A DNA stretch of 63,066 nt, the filler included. It is 8 parts of 8 records of this genome, joined end to end, with 100 filler letters (N's around TTAATTAATTAA, not from the genome) between each part and the next. Parts side by side here need not be neighbours in the genome. Positions count along the whole stretch, not along the records: positions 25,604 to 34,109 come from SRR31156797_42031; positions 34,210 to 40,550 come from SRR31156797_42052; 6 more parts are not named here. The stretch is one strand, 5' to 3'. The notes beneath the pieces are model-generated. The model was given only the letters and a program-made list of their open reading frames with translations, was not told the DNA's origin and made no database searches. Numbering within the stretch: the first letter of the stretch is position 1; every line of letters starts with the position of its first letter. The translations under genes were made by a program, and so were the position numbers. This document shows, piece by piece, positions 29,164 to 38,911 of the stretch.

Positions 29164-30225
29164 ATGGCCAAACCCAAAACACCCATGCAGATCCGAGCGG
29201 CCAGGCACCTGGCCCTGCTTCGGAAGACCACCACCAATGTGACCCAGAGCAAGTTGCCGCCGCGCACCTCCAAACATTTGAAGTTGTCCCATGGGGTGCC
29301 GGGCGGGCGGTATATCACGAGGCTGGACAAAGGGGAGTGGGAGGAGCGCGTGGACCAAATCCTCCGTAACCTGGAGGAGAACCGCTACAGCCGAAGCAAC
29401 GCCCTTTATTTCGCCCTTTCCAACGTGAAAACGCTGCTGAATGAGATGGAGAAGAAAAAGGCCGATTTGGAGACCTACATGGAGGAACTCCAGGCCTCCA
29501 ACGAAGAGATGAGGGCCAGCAACGAAGAGATGCGCATCCTTCAAAACGAGGCGGAGCGAACCCATGAGGACACGGAAAGTATCCTTGCGGCGGCGCCCGT
29601 GCTTTTTGAAACACCTTTGAAGCGTATTAAAGGGGATGCCAGCGCCCTGGCGGAAGCCTGTGGGGATCGGTTGGACCCGGAAGAACTTGAACGGCTTTTC
29701 GCCATGGCGGAAGAAGCCGCCCTGATGGAAAAGAGGCTCGGCGGATTAACGGACTACTGGCGCATGGATGTGGAAGGGGGCGCTTTCGAGACAGTGGATT
29801 GTGAAGGCATCATGGGCCGGGTGGAAGAAGACCTGGAGGAGTTGATCAACACCGCCGGCGCCGAAATCACCCATGACCCCCTTCCGGCGGTGAAAGGGGA
29901 TGGGGATCAGATGACCCTTCTTTTCACGATTCTGCTGAATCGGGCCCTCTCTCTGCCCGGGGGCCATCCTCTCCGCATTCACGTGGCGGCGAGCCCCGTT
30001 GAGGCGGAAGATACGCCTGAGGTGGAAAAGGGGTGGGCCTTCCGGGTGGAGGACAACGGCGCCGACATTCCGGAAGAAGACCGGGAACGGATGTTCAAAG
30101 TGAACCCGACGGGGACCATGGATCCGGCCGTTGCCTGGCGCATCGTGAGCCGGCACGGCGGAGGCATGACGGTTGCGCCCAAAGCGGGCGGGGGGAATGT
30201 GTTTGAATTTTCCCTTCCTGCCTAG
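29164..30225 (+). CDS. Degenerate histidine kinase (pseudokinase) with unknown N-terminal domain and methyl-accepting coiled coil
   Basis: Aligns along its length with the next gene but has Val at the H-box His, Arg at the N-box Asn, DNGAD at G1 and no G2; carries EELQASNEEMRASNEEM. Confidence 0.8.
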   Translation: MAKPKTPMQIRAARHLALLRKTTTNVTQSKLPPRTSKHLKLSHGVPGGRYITRLDKGEWEERVDQILRNLEENRYSRSNALYFALSNVKTLLNEMEKKKADLETYMEELQASNEEMRASNEEMRILQNEAERTHEDTESILAAAPVLFETPLKRIKGDASALAEACGDRLDPEELERLFAMAEEAALMEKRLGGLTDYWRMDVEGGAFETVDCEGIMGRVEEDLEELINTAGAEITHDPLPAVKGDGDQMTLLFTILLNRALSLPGGHPLRIHVAASPVEAEDTPEVEKGWAFRVEDNGADIPEEDRERMFKVNPTGTMDPAVAWRIVSRHGGGMTVAPKAGGGNVFEFSLPA

Positions 30226-30240
30226 GTTGGCCATTGACCC

Positions 30241-31476
30241 ATGACCAATATGGTTAAGCTGTTTCAAAAACAGACGGGTAGAAGACCCTGGGACCGTCGA
30301 GGGCGGACGGAAGATTCAACCCCAATCGTGGAACCGGTTGTGGAGGCCGGTGCTCCTTTTTCCATGGGAGGGACGGCATGCAGATCCCCGGGAGAACCGA
30401 AAAAGCCCCGGGAGATCCGACGGCACACGGATCTGGAAATCCTGGAACGGACCACCACCAGTGTAACCCACAAGCGGTTGCCCCCGCGCACGGGAAAGAA
30501 TCTCAAACACTGCCATTTCCTGAAGGGGGGACGGGAGATAGCCCGCCTGGGCAAACACCCCTGGGAGGAACGGGTGGCCGGGAATCTGCGAACCCTTGAG
30601 GCGAACCGTTTTGCCCGGCACAACGCCATTTACCATGCCCTGGCCCATATCTCGGGACTGCTGGGCGAAGCCGAAACCCGGGAATCGGTGCTGCACGCCA
30701 CCTCCGAGGAGTTGAAGCGTACGAGCGAGGTACGGGAGCGGTATGCCCGTGAACTGGCCCGGGCCAATGAGGATCTTGAGCAGTTTGCGTCGGTGGCATC
30801 CCATGACCTGCAGGAGCCCCTGAAAAAGGTGATCCGGCATGCGCGACGCATTTTGAAGTCATCCGGCGCCGACCTGGATCCCGAAACCGAAAAAGACCTG
30901 GAGACGGTCATGGATGAGACCGTCCACATGCAGGCACTTATCAAGGCGGTTCTGGCCTATGCCCGGGTGGAGACCGTAGGGGAAATCGAGGAAACGGCAG
31001 ACTGCGATTCAATCCTGGACCAGGCCTTGAGCAACCTGTCGGCTTCCCTGGAGGAATCTTCGGCAAGAATTGTTCGGGATCCCCTGCCGACCCTGAAGGG
31101 GGATTTCGAACAGTTGATCCGCCTGTTTCAGAACCTGGTGGGGAACGCACTGAAATATTATGACCCGGAAAAGGCGGACCCCTTTGTCCACGTCTCCGCG
31201 AAACGGATGGAGGAGGCATCCGTCCCCATGCCCGATTCCGCCGGAAATGCCGGGTGGCTGTTCCGGGTAAAAGACAATGGGGTCGGTATTGACGAGGATT
31301 TCCAGGATGATATATTCAATATGTTCATACGTCTCTACACCCGGGATGAAATCCCCGGCGAAGGCATGGGGCTCGCCATCTGCAAGCGGATCGTAAAACG
31401 GCACCGGGGCGAAATCTGGGTGGAATCGGAATACGGAGTGGGGTCGAGGTTTTATTTTACCATTCCGGACCAGTGA
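30241..31476 (+). CDS. Cytoplasmic histidine kinase with the same unknown N-terminal domain
   Basis: ASHDLQEPL, FQNLVGNALKY, DNGVGI, GEGMGLAICKRIV; no TM. Confidence 0.92.
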   Translation: MTNMVKLFQKQTGRRPWDRRGRTEDSTPIVEPVVEAGAPFSMGGTACRSPGEPKKPREIRRHTDLEILERTTTSVTHKRLPPRTGKNLKHCHFLKGGREIARLGKHPWEERVAGNLRTLEANRFARHNAIYHALAHISGLLGEAETRESVLHATSEELKRTSEVRERYARELARANEDLEQFASVASHDLQEPLKKVIRHARRILKSSGADLDPETEKDLETVMDETVHMQALIKAVLAYARVETVGEIEETADCDSILDQALSNLSASLEESSARIVRDPLPTLKGDFEQLIRLFQNLVGNALKYYDPEKADPFVHVSAKRMEEASVPMPDSAGNAGWLFRVKDNGVGIDEDFQDDIFNMFIRLYTRDEIPGEGMGLAICKRIVKRHRGEIWVESEYGVGSRFYFTIPDQ

Positions 31477-31501
31477 CCAGCAACCCAAAAAGGGGAGATC
31501 C

Positions 31502-32716
31502 ATGACCCAAAAAGAGATCAGACTTCTCCTTGTGGAAGACAACCCCAAGGATGCCCGCGACCTGGAGAAAATGCTCGGCTGCTGCAAGAGGGGACCCTAT
31601 GCCGTTGAACTCGCCGACCGTCTGGCGACGGCCTACCGTAAACTGGCCGGCGGTTCCTTTGATCTGCTGCTTCTGGATCTTTTTCTGCCCGAGAGCAAGG
31701 GGCTCGGCACCCTTAAAAAGGTGAAGGCCAAGTCCCCCGGAACGCCCATTGTGGCCCTCACCCGCTTTGACGATGAACAAACCGGGATGAATGCGGTGCG
31801 CGAAGGGGCCCAGGACTATTTGGTCAAGGGCCAGTTCGACGGTAATCTGCTGGAGCGATCCATTTATCATGCCATCGAGCGGCACCGGGGGGAAGAGGCC
31901 CTTCGATTGAAAAATATCGAACTGGAGGTGCTCAACCAAAAACTCATGGAGGCGGACCGCCTTAAATCGGTGTTTGTGGCCAACATGAGCCATGAACTGC
32001 GTACCCCCCTTAATTCCGTCATCGGCTTTACCAGCATTATCCTCAAAGGGATGTCGGGCCCCGTGACCCCGGACCAGAAAAAGCAGTTGGCCATGGTGAA
32101 GAAAAACGGCCAACATCTGCTTCAGCTCATTAATGATGTGTTGGATGTATCCAAAATCGAGGCGGGAAAGATCGAGCTTTCCTTTGACCGATTCCTGCTC
32201 TCGGAGCTGTTAACCGAAACCCTTGCCGGCTTCAGGCCCGAGCTGGATCGGAAGAACCTGACCCTGACCACAAACCTTGACATCGATCCGGAAATGATTT
32301 CGGACCGGATCCGCCTCAAGCAGATTCTCCTGAACCTGACCAACAACGCGGTCAAGTTCACGGACCGGGGTGGCATAACCATTGCCGCGTGTCATTTGAA
32401 GAATCAAAACGGCGGGACCGATTCTTTACCAATGCCCAATAACCGATCCCCCATGACCCATAAGCATTTGGTTCAAATTTCCGTGGCGGATACGGGGATC
32501 GGAATACGGGAGGAGGACATGGATAAACTTTTCATCCCCTTTCATCAACTGGACATGTCCATGACAAAGACCCACCAGGGAACCGGCCTGGGACTCCATC
32601 TTTCCCAAAAAATGGCCCATCTCCTGGGGGGACACATTACGGCCCGGAGCCTGCATGGAAAGGGGAGCCGCTTTACCCTGACCCTTCCCGTGAAACATGA
32701 GGAGGGCAGCCCATGA
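31502..32716 (+). CDS. REC-HisKA-HATPase hybrid kinase
   Basis: LLVEDN..LLDL..GAQDYLVK receiver; MSHELRTPL; NNAVKFT; DTGIGI; GTGLGL. Confidence 0.93.
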   Translation: MTQKEIRLLLVEDNPKDARDLEKMLGCCKRGPYAVELADRLATAYRKLAGGSFDLLLLDLFLPESKGLGTLKKVKAKSPGTPIVALTRFDDEQTGMNAVREGAQDYLVKGQFDGNLLERSIYHAIERHRGEEALRLKNIELEVLNQKLMEADRLKSVFVANMSHELRTPLNSVIGFTSIILKGMSGPVTPDQKKQLAMVKKNGQHLLQLINDVLDVSKIEAGKIELSFDRFLLSELLTETLAGFRPELDRKNLTLTTNLDIDPEMISDRIRLKQILLNLTNNAVKFTDRGGITIAACHLKNQNGGTDSLPMPNNRSPMTHKHLVQISVADTGIGIREEDMDKLFIPFHQLDMSMTKTHQGTGLGLHLSQKMAHLLGGHITARSLHGKGSRFTLTLPVKHEEGSP

Positions 32717-33084
32717 AAAAGATTCTGATGGTGGAAGACAATGAATCCAACCGCTATCTGATGCGCTATATCCTTGAGAAGAGCGGTTTCCAGGTGATGG
32801 CGGCCATGGACGGGGCCTCGGGGATTGAGCGGGCCCGAAAGGAGAGGCCGGACCTGATTCTCATGGATATTCAACTCCCCGGAATGGACGGCCATGCGGC
32901 AACGCGCATCCTCCGGGAAGATCCGGCCTGTGGACGGATCCCCATTATTGCGGTCACCTCCTATGCCATGCCGGCGGACCGGGATCGGGCCCTGGCGGCC
33001 GGCTGCAACGGATACATTGAAAAACCCATCGACACGGACCGGTTTGTGGCTCAAATCAAAAAAATCCTCCCCGATGACCCGTAG
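32713..33084 (+). CDS. Single-domain response regulator (DivK/CheY-like)
   Basis: VEDN, PDLILMDIQLPGMDG, AVTS, GCNGYIEKP. Confidence 0.94.
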   Translation: MKKILMVEDNESNRYLMRYILEKSGFQVMAAMDGASGIERARKERPDLILMDIQLPGMDGHAATRILREDPACGRIPIIAVTSYAMPADRDRALAAGCNGYIEKPIDTDRFVAQIKKILPDDP

Positions 33085-33095
33085 GAGATTATCTC

Positions 33096-34109
33096 GTGAT
33101 GAACGATTCCCCCACCTTTGAAGAAACGGCCCCCCGGATCCTGGCCGTTGAAGACCGGGCCGAAGACCGTTACCTTCTGGAAACCATGCTGAAGGGGGGC
33201 GGCTACCGGGTAACCTCCTCCCGGAACGGTTGGGATGCCTACCACAGGCTGCTGGGGGAGGGACCTTTTGATTTGATGGTCTCCGACATCCTCATGCCCG
33301 AGATGGACGGCTATCAACTCTGCGCCAAGGTTAAAACCCATGAGCGGTTCAAGGAAATTCCTTTCATCTTTCTGACCGCCACCTATATGAGCCATTCCGA
33401 CGAGACATTCGCCATGAACCTGGGCGCGGACCGGTTTTTTAGAAAACCCGTGGACATGGATGATTTGCTGGCAGCGGTGGCGGATCTGCTCAGACAAACG
33501 GCCGAAGGGAAGTACGCCCCCAAAGCGTCCCTGAATGAGGCGGTTTTCTCCGATGCCCATGTCAAACATGTGCTCCAAGGCCTGGAAAGAAAATCCGGTG
33601 AGTTGGAATCCCTCCTTCGGAAACAGAAGGGTACCGAGGAGGCCCTGCGGAAAAGCGAAGCGCGTTACCGCCTCGTCTCTTCCCTGGCCAGCGATTATTT
33701 TTATCAGCTGAGCCTTACGGATAAGGGCGGCTGGGTCATTGACTGGATCGGCGGCGCCTTTGAGGAGATGACCGGTTACGGGAAGGACGAGATCAAGGAT
33801 CTGGATGACTGGGTGGGCATTGTGGCGCCCGAAGATATGGATGAGGTGAAGGGGAAGTTCCCTCCGCTCCCGAAAGGACAAAACACCCGGATTGAGTACC
33901 GGATCATCACCAAGAGCGGGGAGGTGCGTTGGCTGACGGATTACAACAGGCCTTTTATGGATGATGAACAGCGCGTTACCGGGATCATCGGCGCGGTCAA
34001 GGATATTACCCACGAAAAAATATTGGAGCGACAGCTTCGCCAAAGCCAGAAGCTGGAGGCCATGGGGACTCTGGCGGGGGGCATTGCCCATGATTTCAAC
34101 AATATCCTC
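33096..34109 (+). CDS. REC-PAS-HisKA hybrid kinase, 3'-truncated
   Basis: SDILMPEMDG receiver; PAS/PAC (EYRIITKSGEVRWL..DIT); QKLEAMGTLAGGIAHDFNNIL. Confidence 0.9.
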
Positions 34110-34209
34110 NNNNNNNNNNNNNNNNNNNNNNNNNNNNNNNNNNNNNNNNNNNNTTAATTAATTAANNNNNNNNNNNNNNNNNNNNNNNNNNNNNNNNNNN
34201 NNNNNNNNN
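34110..34209. other. Artificial contig spacer
   Basis: N44-TTAATTAATTAA-N44. Confidence 0.98.
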
Positions 34210-35716
34210 CTATCAGCTAACTGGTTTGATTGACACTGACGGCCGGTTGCTCGCCGCGAACCGGACTGCCTTACATTTTGCCGGCGCCGAGGAATCGGAG
34301 GTTATTGGGCAGTACTTCTGGAATGGTCCATGGTGGGGCCCGTCACAGAAATCCGAATTGCAGAACGCGGTTGAACGCGCTGTGAAAGGCGAATTCGTCC
34401 GGTTCGAAACTACGCATCCAAGTGCAGAAGGGCAGATCAGGGACATCGACTTCTCACTGAGCCCGGTTCGGGACGACGATGGTAACGTGATTTATGTCGT
34501 GCCGGAAGGACGCGATATTACGGAGGTAAAGCGAGCGGAGCAAGAGAAGGCAAAGCTTCAAGAGCAACTCAACCAGGCTCAGAAGATGGAAGCCCTGGGA
34601 ACTCTGGCCGGCGGTATTGCACACGACTTTAATAATATTCTTGCCGCAATTTTCGGCTATGCAGAGCTTGCAAAGATGCTATTACCAACTTCGAACAAAG
34701 CTTCAGGTTATATAGGCGAAATTCTTAAGGCAGGAAACCGCGCCAAGGAGTTGGTTCAACAAATTCTTACTTTCAGCCGCCAGACTGAGCATGAATTAAA
34801 ACCGGTATCGGTGAAAATAGTTACGAAAGAGGCTCTCAAGCTCATCCGGGCAACTTTACCGTCAACTATCGAAATCAGGCAAAACATCGTTTGTGATTCC
34901 CTTGTCTTGGGCGACCCAACACAACTTCACCAAATTATAATGAATCTTTGCACCAACGCCGGTCACGCCATGAGTGAAGATGGAGGCGTACTTGAGGTTG
35001 AACTCAAATCAGTAACGCCTGATTCCATGTTTACCGCGAACTATCCGGAACTGAAACCAGGGGAATACGTGAATTTGACCGTAACCGATACCGGTCATGG
35101 AATGACCGCAGATATCTTAAACCGGATATTTGACCCTTTTTTCACCACCAAGGAAAAAGGCGAAGGAACTGGTATGGGGCTGGCTGTAATCCATGGTATC
35201 GTCACAAGCTATGGGGGCATGATACAGGCCTACAGTGAGCCAGGGAAAGCGTCCAGTTTCAAGGTTTTCCTGCCAGCGATTGAAGGCCGCCATGAATTGG
35301 AAAAAGAACACGAGGCTGTGCTGCCACAAGGTAACGAGCGAATTCTTTTTGTGGATGATGAGCCTGCCATAATCGATATAAGCAAACAAATACTCGAGTA
35401 TCTTGGGTATCATGTTACCGTGCAATCAAGCAGCCTGGATGCTCTGGAATTGTTTAAGACTCAACCGGACGCATTTGATCTGGTTATTACTGACTTGACC
35501 ATGCCAAAGATGGCTGGGGATAGGCTCGCCATGGAGTTGATGTCCATCCGACTGGACATTCCGATCATAATTTGCACTGGATTCAGCAACCGAATCGCTG
35601 AGGAAACCGCTAGGAAGATGGGCATAAAAGGATTGCTTATGAAGCCGATCATCAGCTCAGAATTGGCCAGAAAGGTGCGAGCTGTTTTGGATTTACATAA
35701 AGGCTACCAGCTATAG
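34210..35716 (+). CDS. PAS-HisKA-HATPase-REC hybrid kinase (CckA-like architecture), 5'-truncated
   Basis: AHDFNNIL, NLCTNAGHAM, DTGHGM, FFTTK..GTGMGL, VDDE..TDLTMP..KP; the last codons overlap IS21-derived DNA. Confidence 0.93.
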
Positions 35717-36759
35717 GAGCGTGGCTTCGATCTTGAAAAACGGCTTGGATAAAAGACCGGCCATGGAAAAGGAAGGCGACAGCCCGCCCCTCAGACACAC
35801 CAATATCAGGGGGGCCGAATATTACTCGTCACAGAAAGGAGAAGAAAATGCTGACCCATCCGACAATGGACAAACTAAAAGCCATGAAGCTTTGGGGCAT
35901 GCCAAGGCTTTGGAGGAGCAGACAGCCTCTTCAGAGGCCAGCTCCCTCTCATTTGAAGAACGCCTCGGGCTGATGGTGGACCGGGAGATGGACGAGAGGC
36001 AAAACCGCCGCATGGCCGCCAGACTCAGAAAGGCGAAATTGCGTTTGCCTGCCTGCATGGAGGATATTGATTACCGCCACAAAAGGGGTCTGGACAAGGC
36101 CCTGATGCTGTCCCTGGCTTCCTGCTCCTTTGTCCGAAAAGGACAAAATGTCATCATCACCGGATCAACGGGCGTGGGTAAAACATACCTGGCCGTGGCC
36201 CGGGGAGACGGCCGCTATCCCAAAGTCATGGCCGCCTACGCCAAAGCCGACCTGCTGGTCCTGGACGATTGGGGGCTTGACCGCATAAGCAGAGGGGAGC
36301 GCCTCGATCTGCTGGAATTGCTTGAAGACCGATACGGCTTGAAATCAACTCTTGTCGCCGCCCAGGTAACCATCGATCAATGGCACGAGATCATAGGCGA
36401 CCCGACTCTGGCCGACGCCATCTTGGATCGGCTGGTCCACAACGCTTACAAAATCCAACTCAAGGGAGAATCAATGCGAAAAAAATACGGCGGACTGACA
36501 TGAAACAGGAAGAAGATTTTCTACCGAATCCCAATACGAGGCTTGGAGTCCTCTCTGACCGCTTTGCGGCTTTATATAAAAAACAAGAAAAAAGAAGAGG
36601 CAAAAGCTGCATCGCCTTACCGACCCAACTTGATTTGGAAGCGCATTTGTATATATGATTACTAAAACAGCGTCGCTCCGCTCCGAAGAGTGGCCGGAAT
36701 GACCGGATCAGCCGGCCGGATTAAATCGGAACCACTGGCCACATTCAACGGAATACGCA
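35702..36759 (+). mobile_element. Decayed IS21-family element (istA C-terminal stub, broken istB, intact right end)
   Basis: SYRSVASILKNGLD..HTNIRGAEYY is an IstA C-terminus; right end has three ~22-bp GGCC..CGGA repeats (36690-36759) ending GGAATACGCA. Confidence 0.88.
35848..36503 (+). pseudogene. istB: istB helper ATPase pseudogene
   Basis: True start MLTHPTMDKLKAMKLWGM is out of frame with AKALEEQ..LSFEERLGL; Walker A GSTGVGKTYLA is joined directly to VARGDG (apparent internal deletion); LVLDDWG, LADAILDRLVH, GESMRK. Confidence 0.88.
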
Positions 36760-36912
36760 CTGGGATACGAATCAGTGGAAACCACACAGATTTATATCCA
36801 TGCCAACATGGAAATCAAAGAACAGGCCTTGGCTAAGACATCCCCGCTGAATGTAATCCCCGGACGATACAGGCCGGACGACCAGTTACTGGCCTTTCTG
36901 CAGAGCCTCTGA
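36760..36912 (+). pseudogene. C-terminal remnant of a tyrosine recombinase (RIT-element third-integrase type)
   Basis: Manual translation LGYESVETTQIYIHANMEIKEQALAKT..GRYRPDDQLLAFLQSL*, i.e. LG(H)xSxxTTxxY box II, starting exactly at the IS21 end. Confidence 0.78.
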
Positions 36913-37199
36913 TTATGTCGAGCATTATGTATCAAAAAGCTCGGAATCCACCAGCTTTTCTTCGACCGGACAGGATTACTCCGCATAATCCGGAGTAAGA
37001 TATAAAAGTTAAGATTTTCCCTTACAGTTTTACAATTATGCAAATCGTTATCGCAGGAAGCCGCCCCAGAGGGATCCATAAAAATCCCCCTGGTGTGTGG
37101 TGGTCAGACCGTAAAAAGTCCAATTCACCCATAGCCAGGGATAGCTTCTTTGGCGTTTTTGCTCCCAGCCCGCGAAGGCTGTCCCGCAATAATCAGGAT

Positions 37200-37592
37200 C
37201 TAGTGCCGGTAGCCCTTCTTGGTTGGACCAGTGGTGGAGTTCGACCGTTCCGGTCCCAGGATCTCCTCCCGGTGGGACTCGATTTCCCGGTATATTATTT
37301 CCATCGCTTCCGGCGGAACCCTCGATCGGGGTCTGATAGAGGACGCGTCGAGTCCCCAAACCTCTGTGTAAAGGCTCGGGTCCATCGGCGTCTCGGTCAG
37401 ATACTCCGGTATCTCCACCATCCACTCCGCCGGGGCCGTCCCCTCGTCGTGTCCCGTCCCGGCCCAATTCAGCCCAGTCCAGCTCTTCCTTGTAAGAGGA
37501 ATCAACTGTTTGATCAGAGACTCGACCGTCAGGTCCGGCCCATGCTGGCGGATCAATTCCTTCAACTCTTCTATGGATCTCGCTTCTGACAT
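37200..37592 (-). CDS. Hypothetical protein, possibly frameshifted (continuing to 37048)
   Basis: GAGG SD, 130-aa protein-like ORF; an alternative frame from ~37250 reads VELHHWS..YPWLWVNWTFYG. Confidence 0.5.
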   Translation of the reverse strand: MSEARSIEELKELIRQHGPDLTVESLIKQLIPLTRKSWTGLNWAGTGHDEGTAPAEWMVEIPEYLTETPMDPSLYTEVWGLDASSIRPRSRVPPEAMEIIYREIESHREEILGPERSNSTTGPTKKGYRH

Positions 37593-37918
37593 CGTCTATT
37601 GACCTCTTCCCTTTTACATAATTATTCCTTGTGGGATTAACCCGGCAGCACCGGGCCTCAAGATAACGGCCCGGCTAAGCAACACGTCATTCTTTTTCCT
37701 TAATCTTTTGGGCTTGGTTCTTTAGCTTCCATCCATCTTTCCGTTCCCCATGGAATTCACGAAGCTCGTCCGGCCCGCCTTTTCGTTTGCACCATCCGCA
37801 GCCAAACTGGTTCTTTGCTGCGTTTATATATAGGAGGTGATTGGTTCCATGGCGCCTCGCCCGCCAGGAGTCCGGGCCGTAGCCGTTGGTTCGGAGTAGA
37901 GCCCTAACTCCCTGTATA

Positions 37919-38911
37919 TCAAAAATCATGCCCAGGGATCCGATGTGTGTGGAGATTCCCACCTTTGATTCGATATAGGGTCACGGTATATCCCGATATT
38001 TTGGAGCCAGACCTCTTGAATTTAAAAACATTGTCAGCTTTGCTATATACCGTGTCCGGCCCGAAATAATGCTCATAACCATACCAAACCTCTCCAGAGG
38101 CATATTTCATGACATAAGAGCCCAATGGCACCTTGATTTCGGTGGTCTCTCCGCCATGTATGAAAATAGTCAGGACAGGTTCTTTTGATATCAGGTCTTC
38201 CAGTTTTACAAGGAAGTGGCTGCCGGGTCTTGTATGTATTTGGAGAGGAGCAATAGGCTCTGCTGCTGTAAAGCGCCGAATCTCGAAATTTGGCGGCAAT
38301 GGCAGAGGGGGCTCCGTAAAGGCTGGTTTAACGGGCGCCCTGGAATCACGAGCTGAATTAACACCTATCCCGGCAGTCGATCTATCTGCTTCGGAGAAAC
38401 TTGACTTATTCTTCGATTCTGATGCTGGCTGAGACCCAATCCAAGCCGCAATACAAAAAATAACGAGGATGCTAAAAATTACATAAAAGACTGTTGCAAC
38501 CGGATCCCCTGATTTTTCAACTCGTGGTGAAGGTTTCGAAAAAGATTGCGGTTGTGGACGATGAGTTTGTCTTTGATGAGGATGTGTTGATTTCTCTAAT
38601 GATGGTTTTGGGGGCCTCAGTTTGCTCATTAGGGCTTCATACCTTGAAAAAGGTTTTACCTGGACCGTAAAATCTTCCGCCGCGGGACCGGTCCAATTTT
38701 CAGTATGCGTTAAACCGAGCCTTGAGCGAAGTCGGCCGACTGTAAAAACCGCCCTGTGAGTAATATCGTATATTTCTTTCTTAGCCGGGTCAGTCAATAC
38801 CGTTTCTATATCTGTGTTTATCTGTCGGTGATTAACAAGGTTAAGGGCCTCTTTTATCACATGAATAGGAGCATAAGGCTTTAATCCAAGCCTCTTGTAC
38901 AGATCACGCAT
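37919..38911 (-). CDS. Membrane protein with degenerate J-like N-terminus (no HPD) and uncharacterised C-terminal domain
   Basis: DLYKRLGL..IKEA..VLTDPAKKEIYD; Pro/Ser linker; TM; KYASGEVWYG..FGPDT. Confidence 0.78.
   Translation of the reverse strand: MRDLYKRLGLKPYAPIHVIKEALNLVNHRQINTDIETVLTDPAKKEIYDITHRAVFTVGRLRSRLGLTHTENWTGPAAEDFTVQVKPFSRYEALMSKLRPPKPSLEKSTHPHQRQTHRPQPQSFSKPSPRVEKSGDPVATVFYVIFSILVIFCIAAWIGSQPASESKNKSSFSEADRSTAGIGVNSARDSRAPVKPAFTEPPLPLPPNFEIRRFTAAEPIAPLQIHTRPGSHFLVKLEDLISKEPVLTIFIHGGETTEIKVPLGSYVMKYASGEVWYGYEHYFGPDTVYSKADNVFKFKRSGSKISGYTVTLYRIKGGNLHTHRIPGHDF

Noticed and set aside
33096-35716. Kinase fragments either side of the 34110-34209 spacer as one gene
   Set aside because: Each has its own AHDFNNIL H-box and different codon style; they are separate contigs.
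35721-36503. Intact 260-aa IstB from the ORF track
   Set aside because: It is a chimera of the istA tail and a frameshifted, internally deleted istB.
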